Shown: piece after piece, positions 56,138 to 64,000 of the stretch
Numbering within the stretch: the first letter of the stretch is position 1
Layout: every line of letters starts with the position of its first letter
Origin: Deltaproteobacteria bacterium
Lineage (GTDB): Bacteria; Myxococcota_A; Polyangia; Polyangiales; Ga0077539
NCBI GenBank assembly: GCA_030694465.1
Contig: JAUXYJ010000103.1
Span: 219,057-283,056 of the forward strand
DNA length: 64,000 nt
Direction of reading: 5' to 3'
Notes under the pieces: model-generated
What the model was told of the DNA's origin: nothing
The model's input: the letters and a program-made list of their open reading frames with translations, nothing else
The model's database searches: none
Made by a program: the position numbers and the translations under genes

Positions 56138-56153
56138 TTGAGTGATTACTCAA
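56138..56153. promoter_or_regulatory. second copy of the operator, TTGAGTGATTACTCAA, overlapping the start of the efflux operon
   Basis: Same dyad family as 55408-55423 (TTGAGyGATyACTCAA). It overlaps the GTG at 56142. Confidence 0.45.
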
Positions 56154-57470
56154 CATGACAGTCGATCTACCGCGCCCCTTGCCGCAATGCTCTCGATCGC
56201 AGCGAGTCTCTTCGCGCTGCCTACGAGCTCAGACGCACAACCACTTTCCAGCTTTTTGCGCGCCGCGATCACCCACAGCCCAGACCAACGCGAGTCCGAA
56301 GCGATCACGCGACAGCGGACCGAAGAGCGACTGCAAGCGCTGGGACGCTTGCTCCCCTCGCTGAGCGCACGCGCGGGGTACACACGCAACCAAGTGCAGG
56401 TCTCGGTGACGTTGCCCCCCGAGACAGGCAGCACCACCACGCGCCAAGCTATTATCACGCCGTACGATCAGGTCGAGCTCAGCGTGACGCTGGATGTGCC
56501 CGTGCTTGACCTCGGCGCCCTCGCGCGACTCGATGCCGCGCGCATGAGCGAAGAGGGCGCACAAGACCGGGCGCGTGGCTCGCGCGATGAGCTACGCCGG
56601 AGCGTGACGCGGAGCTATTTTCAGTGGGTCGGCGCAGCAGCACTGCAGCGCGCGTCCGAGCGCGCCCTCGTCGTGTCCACGCAATCGGTCGAGCGCCTGC
56701 GTGCGCGATTGAGCGCGGGCTCAGCGACTCAGCTCGATGTGCTTCGCGCCGAGGCCGAGCAAGCGAGGGCGCAACAATCGGTCGCAGAGAGCATGCTGAC
56801 CACGATGAGCGCAGCGCGCGCCCTCGCGTCAAGCACAGGCATCACCCCCGCGGCGCAACCACCCACGCTCGATGTCTCGCTCGACGACGTGGGCGAGCTC
56901 TCGCAGTGGGAAGATGGCGCACAACAATCCCCTGCAATTCGTGCGGCCGAAGCAGACGTTCGGGTCGCCAACGCGCAGAGCCGCGCGGCGTGGATGGCCC
57001 TCGCGCCCACGCTCAACGCCACGGCAACGGAGCGTGTCACCAACGCAGCGGGCTTCGGTGTCCCCGCGACGTTTTCGGCCGGGGTCAACCTCCAGTGGCG
57101 CTTGGACGTGAGCGCGATCGCAGCCGCGCGCGCGTCCAGCGTGGCGCGGACCGTCGCCGACGAGCGCGTCCGTCGCGCCGAAATCACCGCGCGCGACCAG
57201 GTGCACAGCGCCTGGCTCTCTGCACGCGTTGGCATCGAGCGCGCTCGCGCTGCGCGGGCCCAAGTGCTCGCGAGCGAGGCTGCAGCCGCTGCTGCCCGAG
57301 AGCGACTCACGAGCGGCACTGCGACTGAGCTTGAGGTGCTCCAAGCAGACCGCGACGCGCTGAGCGCCAACGTCTCGAAGATCCAGACCGACGCAGACCT
57401 AGCCTACGCGCGCGTCGCGCTGCGGATCGCGTCGTCACGGTTGAGCGCGAGCGAAGGAGGGACTCAGTGA
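56142..57470 (+). CDS. TolC-like outer membrane efflux protein
   Basis: Signal peptide and two tandem OEP-type repeats rich in Ala/Gln/Leu coiled regions. Confidence 0.8.
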   Translation: MITQHDSRSTAPLAAMLSIAASLFALPTSSDAQPLSSFLRAAITHSPDQRESEAITRQRTEERLQALGRLLPSLSARAGYTRNQVQVSVTLPPETGSTTTRQAIITPYDQVELSVTLDVPVLDLGALARLDAARMSEEGAQDRARGSRDELRRSVTRSYFQWVGAAALQRASERALVVSTQSVERLRARLSAGSATQLDVLRAEAEQARAQQSVAESMLTTMSAARALASSTGITPAAQPPTLDVSLDDVGELSQWEDGAQQSPAIRAAEADVRVANAQSRAAWMALAPTLNATATERVTNAAGFGVPATFSAGVNLQWRLDVSAIAAARASSVARTVADERVRRAEITARDQVHSAWLSARVGIERARAARAQVLASEAAAAAARERLTSGTATELEVLQADRDALSANVSKIQTDADLAYARVALRIASSRLSASEGGTQ

Positions 57471-58642
57471 GCGATCTATCAGTCAAATTGCAGAGCGCAG
57501 GACGACTCGCCCGATGGCGTGTGATGGCCCGCGTCGGCATCCGCATGATGCTGCACGATCGGCTCAAGAGCATCGGGACGCTCGTGGGCGTGGTCTTTGC
57601 GACGCTGCTAGTCAATCAGCAGGCGGGGACCTTCTTGGGGCTGATGCAAAAGAACGTGATGCTCGTGCACAACACGCGCGCGGACCTGTGGGTGATCCCG
57701 GGGACACTGCCCACGCTCCAGCCCACGACGCCCATGTCAATCGCCGTGCTCCACCGTGCGCAGGTGACACGCGGCGTCGGGTGGGCAGAGCCCTTGGCGT
57801 ACGGCGGCGGCTCGGTCAAGGTGCCCAACGGAGGCACCGAGCAGGTGACCATTGTGGGCACAAGGCTCCCCCGCGCCGCAGGTGGCCCATGGAACGTTGT
57901 CCAGGGAAATGTCAGCTCATTGAGCGAACCCGGCGCGATGTTCTTCGAAGACTCCGAGCGCGAGAAGCTCGGCGGAATCAACATGCGCTCACGTCGCGAG
58001 GTCAACAACCGGCGTGTGCACGCGGTGGGCTTCACGTGGGGACTGATCCCGTTTGGTCCCGCGTACGCGTTCACCGACTACGAGACCGCGAAGGACATGC
58101 TCGGGCTCGCGCGTGACCAGACCCACTTTGTGCTCGTGGGCGTGGCACAGGGCGAGAATGTGGTCACCGTGAGAAATCGATTGCGTGAGCAAATTCCCTC
58201 GGCACAAGTGCTTACCCGCGCCGAGTTCGAGCGCAAGATCGTGATGTACATTCTCACGCGCACGGCCATCGGGATCACCTTTGGGACCAGCGCACTCTTT
58301 GGGCTCATCGTGGGCTTCGTCATCGTCGCCCTCACGATGTTCTCTGCGGTGATCGACAACCTCCGCGAGTTCGGGACACTCAAAGCCATCGGCGCGACCA
58401 ACAGCGATCTCGCGTTCTTGCTCTTTGTGCAGTCCGTCTTGTTCGCCCTCATGGGCACGCTCATTGGGCTCACGCTCGTGACGCGCATGTCCGAGGGAAT
58501 TCGCTCAGCAAATCTCGCACTCGTGCTGCCTCCGCAGCTCTTTCTAGGCACGGCCGTTGGCATGGTCGTGCTGTGCGTGTTTGCCTCTTCTCTCGCCCTC
58601 TTGCGCGTGCGCAAGGTCGAACCTGGGATGGTGTTTCGATGA
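57467..58642 (+). CDS. ABC transporter permease, FtsX/DevC/MacB type
   Basis: N-terminal TM, large periplasmic domain, C-terminal 3-TM FtsX module. The GTG overlaps the upstream stop. Confidence 0.8.
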   Translation: MSDLSVKLQSAGRLARWRVMARVGIRMMLHDRLKSIGTLVGVVFATLLVNQQAGTFLGLMQKNVMLVHNTRADLWVIPGTLPTLQPTTPMSIAVLHRAQVTRGVGWAEPLAYGGGSVKVPNGGTEQVTIVGTRLPRAAGGPWNVVQGNVSSLSEPGAMFFEDSEREKLGGINMRSRREVNNRRVHAVGFTWGLIPFGPAYAFTDYETAKDMLGLARDQTHFVLVGVAQGENVVTVRNRLREQIPSAQVLTRAEFERKIVMYILTRTAIGITFGTSALFGLIVGFVIVALTMFSAVIDNLREFGTLKAIGATNSDLAFLLFVQSVLFALMGTLIGLTLVTRMSEGIRSANLALVLPPQLFLGTAVGMVVLCVFASSLALLRVRKVEPGMVFR

Positions 58643-59343
58643 GCGAATATGCCATCGAGGCGCGCGGCATCGGGAAAACCTACGGCCAGGGCGCCCTCGC
58701 GTTTCGTGCGCTCACCGACGTAGATTTTCTGGTCACACGCGGCGAGTTCGTCATGCTCCGAGGCCCGTCTGGGTCCGGCAAGACCACCCTCTTGTCCATC
58801 CTGGGCTGCGTGCTCCGTCCCACCGAGGGCAGCCTAAAGCTCTTCGGCCGAGACGTCTCGAACGCCAAAGAGTCCCAGCTCCCAGCGCTTCGCCTCGGAA
58901 TGATCGGCTTTATCTTTCAGGGTCACAACCTCGTGGCTTCGCTCAGCGCGCAAGACAACGTCGCGCTCGTGCTCGAGCTGCGCGGGCAGTCGCGCAAGCA
59001 GTCCCGCGCCGAGGCTGCGCGCTTGCTCACGCTCGTGGGCCTCGGCGACAAGGTAGACCGCAAACCATCGGATCTCTCGGGTGGCCAGCGACAGCGCGTC
59101 GCGATTGCCCGCGCGATCGCCGGCAATCCGCCGCTCATTTTTGCAGACGAGCCCACCGCGAGCCTCGACGCAACCTCGGGACTTCAGATCACCGAGCTCT
59201 TGCGCGAGCTCGCCAAAGAGCTGGGCTGCACCGTGGTCGTGGTCACCCATGACAACCGCATTTTTCACCTCGCCGATCGCATGGTCTCCATCGAAGACGG
59301 CAGGATCGTCCCCGAAGATTCTCTCGCCGCGAGTCACGCATGA
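58639..59343 (+). CDS. ABC transporter ATP-binding protein (DevA/MacB/LolD type)
   Basis: [34 protein letters not shown] overlap with the permease. Confidence 0.9.
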   Translation: MSEYAIEARGIGKTYGQGALAFRALTDVDFLVTRGEFVMLRGPSGSGKTTLLSILGCVLRPTEGSLKLFGRDVSNAKESQLPALRLGMIGFIFQGHNLVASLSAQDNVALVLELRGQSRKQSRAEAARLLTLVGLGDKVDRKPSDLSGGQRQRVAIARAIAGNPPLIFADEPTASLDATSGLQITELLRELAKELGCTVVVVTHDNRIFHLADRMVSIEDGRIVPEDSLAASHA

Positions 59344-60473
59344 AAAAGCCATTCTACAAGCAAATTCCCATTAAAGGTGTCATCGCGTCGCTCGCCGTCG
59401 CGGGGATGCTCGTCACCGTCGGGCGCTCGGTGATCGCGCAGCCCTCGACGGTCCCGCGCCCTCGCGACGCCGCAAGATCGACCCGCGAGCTCGCGCCCCC
59501 TGGGCAGACCCTCGACACGCAGGTCGCGCCCCCGCCCACCGCAGGCCGATGGATCGCAGGCAACGGGATCATCGAGCCCGCCGCGCCAGAGACCCGCGTC
59601 GCGGGCGCGATCGCCGGTCGAATCGCTAGGATTTTAGTGGCCGAAGGCGCGCAGGTCACCGCGGGACAGCCCCTCGTCGAGCTCGACGCCGCGACCGAAC
59701 GCGCAGCCCTCGAAGCCGCCGAGGCCGAGGTCACCGTGGCGCGCGCAGAGCTCACCCGCGCGATGCACGGGAGCCGCCGCGAAGACATCGAAGCGGCGAC
59801 CGCGGACACCGCCGGAGCGCAGCGACGCGCAGAGCTCACCCAGTCGCTGCTTAGCCGCACCGAGGGACTGTTTCGCTCTGGAAATGCCACGCAAGACGAG
59901 CTCGATCGCGCCCGCGCCCAGGCCGACATCGACCGCGCGAGCGCCCGGCAGCTCGACGCACGACGCCGGGCCACCGTCGCGGGGACACGGCGCGAAGAGA
60001 TCACCGTGGCCGTAGCCCGTTTGCGCTCTGCCGAGGCTCGCCGCGCACAATCCCAAGCCACCCTCGAGCGGCTCACCGTGACCGCGCCGCTGGACGGAGA
60101 AGTGCTGCAGGTGAAGTTTCGTGTGGGAGAATACTACGCTCCCGCAGGAGAGCCCCTGATGGTCATCGGCGACACACGGACCTACCGCGCGCGGATTGAC
60201 ATCGATGAGCGCGAGTTCGCGCAGGTCTCTGTCGGCGCCAACGCGTACGTAGTCGCAGACGCCTACGGCGAGCGACGCTTCGGCGCGCGGGTCACCCACG
60301 TCGCGCGTCGATTCGGCCGACGCAACCTGCGCACCGATGACCCCTCCGAGCGCATCGACACCAAGATCCTTGAGGTCGTGCTGACCCTCCAGAACGCCAA
60401 CGGTCTGCTCGTGGGGCAGCGCGTGGTGGGATATTTACAGACAGTGTCTGGCAGCGGCAACGCGCAACCGTAG
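59340..60473 (+). CDS. HlyD/membrane-fusion periplasmic adaptor (DevB/MacA type)
   Basis: N-terminal TM anchor, coiled-coil segment, beta-barrel domain. ATGA overlap with the ATPase gene. Confidence 0.8.
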   Translation: MKKPFYKQIPIKGVIASLAVAGMLVTVGRSVIAQPSTVPRPRDAARSTRELAPPGQTLDTQVAPPPTAGRWIAGNGIIEPAAPETRVAGAIAGRIARILVAEGAQVTAGQPLVELDAATERAALEAAEAEVTVARAELTRAMHGSRREDIEAATADTAGAQRRAELTQSLLSRTEGLFRSGNATQDELDRARAQADIDRASARQLDARRRATVAGTRREEITVAVARLRSAEARRAQSQATLERLTVTAPLDGEVLQVKFRVGEYYAPAGEPLMVIGDTRTYRARIDIDEREFAQVSVGANAYVVADAYGERRFGARVTHVARRFGRRNLRTDDPSERIDTKILEVVLTLQNANGLLVGQRVVGYLQTVSGSGNAQP

Positions 60474-60598
60474 CGTAGACTTACAGCGTGGTGGTTGCTC
60501 ACAGAGCGGAAGCAAAGGCGGATGCGTCCCATTGTTGACGGGGCTTCAGCGATGGTTCTACCCTCTGAATTTACGCGGGTTTTACCGCGGTCTACCGC

Positions 60599-61471
60599 AT
60601 GTCGAGCCCCACCGAACAAGCCGCTGCCCGCCTACTGCACCTGCTTCCGCGCGAGAGAATCACGCGCGCGATCGGGAAGCTGACCGAGGCACGCGTTCCC
60701 CGCCCCCTTCTTGACAACGTCTTGTCGGTCTACCGAAAAGCGTACAACGTCAACATGGACGAAGCCGTCGTGCCCGAGGGCGGCTTTGAGACATTTAACC
60801 AGTTTTTTACCAGAGAACTCAAGCAGGGCGCGCGCCCCATTGACCCGCGCGAAGACGTGCTTGTCTCTCCCGCAGATGGTCGCTTCGACGACGCCGGCGC
60901 TCTGGATTTACAGACGCGCTTTACGATCAAGAACAACCCCTACGACGCCGCTTCGCTTCTCGAGAGTGACGAAGACGCTAGGGCATTTGCAGGCGGATCG
61001 TTTGGCATCGTGTACCTCTCGCCCAGGGACTACCACCGCGTGCACACCCCCGACGCGCTCACAGTCGACCGCGTGCGACACATCCCTGGCCTTCTCTACC
61101 CGGTCAATGACTTTGGGGTTCGACATGTTCCGGGGCTCTTTGCTCGCAATGAGCGGGTTGTCGTCTTCGGAACGTCCCCAGCGTTCGGGCGAATCGCGGT
61201 GGTCTTCGTCGGCGCCATGGTCGTCGGCCGTATCGAACTCGTGATCGATGGCCCCGCACGGCCGCCGATCGGAGGCCCCACCGCCGAGCGATCGCTTGCT
61301 CCAGCAACACAGCTCGCCCGCGGTGACGAGCTCGGTGCATTCTTGCTGGGATCTACGGTTGTCCTGCTGGTCCAACCACCCAGCGACGGCATGACACATG
61401 AGTGGGACGCCTCACTGCGCGGACGGTCCGTCCGCATGGGAGAGGCTCTTGCGCGAAGGAGAAGGGCATGA
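60599..61471 (+). CDS. psd: phosphatidylserine decarboxylase proenzyme
   Basis: Conserved PSD core and LGST self-cleavage motif (LGSTVVLL). Confidence 0.85.
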   Translation: MSSPTEQAAARLLHLLPRERITRAIGKLTEARVPRPLLDNVLSVYRKAYNVNMDEAVVPEGGFETFNQFFTRELKQGARPIDPREDVLVSPADGRFDDAGALDLQTRFTIKNNPYDAASLLESDEDARAFAGGSFGIVYLSPRDYHRVHTPDALTVDRVRHIPGLLYPVNDFGVRHVPGLFARNERVVVFGTSPAFGRIAVVFVGAMVVGRIELVIDGPARPPIGGPTAERSLAPATQLARGDELGAFLLGSTVVLLVQPPSDGMTHEWDASLRGRSVRMGEALARRRRA

Positions 61472-63324
61472 GCGACGACAAGCACAAGTCGCAACCACGT
61501 ATGGACTCCGAGCTGCCCCCGCCAGGTCGCAAGCGCCGCCCGTCGCGAGGACTGCGTGTCCCCAATGACCCGGTCCCACGTTTGTCCATGGATCGGATCG
61601 AGACACCCAGCGATGAGATGTCCCGTCCGACCATGCCGTCCATCGAGACTTCTGTGCAAAATTCCTCGGTAATCGATGTCCCCGCGGCGCCCTTCGTCGT
61701 GAGCCTAGACCGAGACGCCCTCCGCGAAAACGAGCACCTCGTGACCGTCGAAGACGACGCGCCCGTGGTGGACTTGGCCACTCCGAATCCAGCCCCCGTG
61801 CACCTCGCGACACCGGGTCCAGCCTCGATCCCGCGCCCGCGTTCTTCGGTTCTTCCACCCGCGCTCGAAGCTGCGCCGCCGAAGGCCGAAGAGCAGAGCG
61901 TGGTGGTAAGACAGGTCCGCCGACGGATCCGCTCGATTGGGACAGACGAAGCGGCCGAACCGTTGCCCGTTGAAGAGGACGAGAGCGAGTCTTTTACGCT
62001 CGAAGACGACGGCGCATCCATCGAAGTCGCGTCGCTCGTGATGGCCCATCCGCCAGCGATTTCGCTCACTTCTAGCGAAGATTCGTCGGCCCTGGTGAGC
62101 TCCCTGCTCGAGAGCCTCGAGAACGACAACGCCGAGTCGCTGGACCACCTCGCGGCGCTCGCCGACGAGCCCTCCGAGCCCGCGACTCGCACCGCGTCTA
62201 TGCCCCCGCCCCCGCCGGGCCCGACGCCGAGCGCGCTCCGACGGCCGTCGTTTCTTCCTCCGTCGATTCCGGCCCCGGCGCAGAGCGCTGAGCCTGAGCT
62301 TGTCACCGAATCCGAAGAGCTCATGGCCACTCCGTCTCTGCTCACGTCCCTCGAGGACCTGATGGAAGACGCCGACGACGACTCGCTCTCGGACGTGCAG
62401 CTCGAGACTGTCGACGAAATCGCCATTGAGCCTGTGCCACCGCCTAACGAAGCCGCACACGCGACCGAGAGCAAGGACGGCGAGGCCCCGCCCCCGCGCC
62501 CGCCCCCTCGCCCGTCCAACGTCGAGTCCGCCGCGCGACCCACGATCGCGGAGAGCCGCGCAACACGACGCCGCCAGTGGTGGGAAGAGATCTTCAACGA
62601 CGACTACCTCCGCACGCTGCCCAAATACACACCCCAACAGGTCGCGTCCGAAGGCGACTTCATCGAGGCTTCCCTCGGTGTCGAGCGCGGAGCGACCGTG
62701 CTCGACCTTGGCTGTGGTGTAGGCCGTCACGCGATCGAGCTCTCCAAGCGCGGGTACGATATTCTTGGCTTGGATCTGTCACTCGCGATGTTGGCTCGAG
62801 CCTCTGAAGAAGCGCAGAACCGCGAGGCGAAGCTCAACTTCTTGCACGCGGACATGGGCGAGATGGATTTTCAGGGAAACTTTGACGCGGCCTACTGCAT
62901 GGGCTCGACGTACGGGTGCTTTGACGACGAGAAAAACACAGACCTCGTCCACCGTGTTCATCGCGCGCTCAAGCCAGGCGGAACTTTTTTGCTCGAAGTG
63001 GTCAACCGTGACTACGCCGCAGAACAGCACCCCTCGATGGTCTGGTACGAAGCCGATGGCTGCGTCTGCATGGAAGAGACCAATTTCAACTGGTTTACTT
63101 CACGACTTGAGAGCAAACGCACCCTCTTGCTCGAAGACGGAAAACAGCGCGAGCACAAATTCTCACTGAGGCTCTACTCCCTCCATGAGCTGGGCAAATC
63201 GCTGAGCTCTGCAGGGTTTCGAGTGATCGAAGTGTCGGGCCACCCCAAGACGCCTGGGGCGTTCTTTGGGAGCAACTCCCGCACAATCTTGATCCTCGCC
63301 CAAAAGCGCGAAAACGACGCGTAG
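61468..63324 (+). CDS. SAM-dependent methyltransferase with a ~400-aa acidic/Pro-rich disordered N-terminal region
   Basis: The ATG overlaps the psd stop (ATGA). C-terminal ~200 aa carry class I MTase motif I VLDLGCGVGRH plus post I/II motifs. The N-terminus is low-complexity (PPPPGP, EEDESE). Confidence 0.7.
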   Translation: MSDDKHKSQPRMDSELPPPGRKRRPSRGLRVPNDPVPRLSMDRIETPSDEMSRPTMPSIETSVQNSSVIDVPAAPFVVSLDRDALRENEHLVTVEDDAPVVDLATPNPAPVHLATPGPASIPRPRSSVLPPALEAAPPKAEEQSVVVRQVRRRIRSIGTDEAAEPLPVEEDESESFTLEDDGASIEVASLVMAHPPAISLTSSEDSSALVSSLLESLENDNAESLDHLAALADEPSEPATRTASMPPPPPGPTPSALRRPSFLPPSIPAPAQSAEPELVTESEELMATPSLLTSLEDLMEDADDDSLSDVQLETVDEIAIEPVPPPNEAAHATESKDGEAPPPRPPPRPSNVESAARPTIAESRATRRRQWWEEIFNDDYLRTLPKYTPQQVASEGDFIEASLGVERGATVLDLGCGVGRHAIELSKRGYDILGLDLSLAMLARASEEAQNREAKLNFLHADMGEMDFQGNFDAAYCMGSTYGCFDDEKNTDLVHRVHRALKPGGTFLLEVVNRDYAAEQHPSMVWYEADGCVCMEETNFNWFTSRLESKRTLLLEDGKQREHKFSLRLYSLHELGKSLSSAGFRVIEVSGHPKTPGAFFGSNSRTILILAQKRENDA

Positions 63325-63596
63325 ATTTTCCTGATTTTGGGTCCAAATGGTGGGTAGACCAACTGGTCTGGACTGTTTCAATTGTGTACAGTCTGGCCCC
63401 TGTGTGCGGACGACGGAGGTCTGGCTCACAGCGTCATTTTCCACAAAATGTGACGTCGTCGGCCCTCAAGTTTCCCCTCGGCAGCGCTGCGAGCACTCCC
63501 GCGCGACACGTACGTTGCACGCGAAGTGTTGGGCGCTGTGCGCGCGTGATTCCATCACCGGGGCCCCTTAATCCATTGGCAAGGAATCTTTGGTTC

Positions 63597-64000
63597 ATGA
63601 TTAGAAAAACTGCCCTGCTCTGTTCAACCGCGCTCGCCATGATGGCCTGCGGAACTCCTAGCAATCCCGCGGATGCAGGCGACGCGTCGCGTGCAGACGT
63701 GCGCACCGACATCGTCGCAGTCGACAATGTCGCGCCTCCCGACGCCTCGGATCCATGCGCCGCCCTCGTGGGCTGTGACACCTGCGCGGCGAACCCGGCA
63801 TGTGGTTTTTGCCGCAGCAACAGCCGCTGTCAGGCCGGCACGGCGGCGGGCTCATCCGACGGAATGTGCTCGGGCACGACCTGGGCGTTTGCCGCCAGCG
63901 ATTGCACCAGCGCACCTGACGCCGGAACCGAAGCAGGGACCGAGGCAGGCACCGAAGATGGCTCGGTCATGTGCAGTATTGGACTGGCAGCCTGCGGCGG
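63597..64000 (+). CDS. Cys-rich lipoprotein, partial (runs off the window)
   Basis: Signal/lipobox MIRKTALLCSTALAMMAC. CxxCxxxxxCGFCRSNSRC PSI-like knot. Confidence 0.45.
   Translation, partial: MIRKTALLCSTALAMMACGTPSNPADAGDASRADVRTDIVAVDNVAPPDASDPCAALVGCDTCAANPACGFCRSNSRCQAGTAAGSSDGMCSGTTWAFAASDCTSAPDAGTEAGTEAGTEDGSVMCSIGLAACG

Overview
High-GC (~69%) chromosomal segment that looks myxobacterial (Myxococcota). The evidence is dense lipoprotein and secreted-protein coding, a MYXO-CTERM-like sorting tail, Myxococcus-type Cys-rich and MopE-like Cys/Asp repeats, a Ser/Thr kinase with an FHA domain and a hybrid histidine kinase. About 50 protein genes are called. Housekeeping genes: shikimate kinase, biotin carboxylase AccC, soluble transhydrogenase SthA, SmpB, pyruvate kinase, phosphatidylserine decarboxylase, BamD. 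Three membrane di-iron hydroxylase/desaturase genes are present. There are two TetR-controlled units, one of them a TolC-DevCAB/MacAB-like efflux operon with a shared palindromic operator. An accessory-looking surface-protein block at 26.5-40.3 kb holds a lipoprotein with five PPC repeats fused to a caspase (C14) domain, a 1748-aa Ig-repeat surface protein with a MYXO-CTERM-like tail, and a Cys-rich/PPC lipoprotein co-transcribed with a sterol-desaturase-family gene. Other unusual items: a lipoprotein carrying a type II secretion GspG pseudopilin domain, a K+ channel translationally coupled to an APH-type kinase, a psd gene coupled to a SAM methyltransferase with a ~400-aa disordered N-terminus, and an FG-GAP / monooxygenase-OYE / two paralogous 2-TM proteins operon. 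No rRNA, tRNA, tmRNA, CRISPR or transposase was recognised. Most long ORFs in the six-frame track in alternative frames are GC-driven shadow ORFs, and several track ORFs were trimmed to internal starts that expose signal peptides or match homologs.
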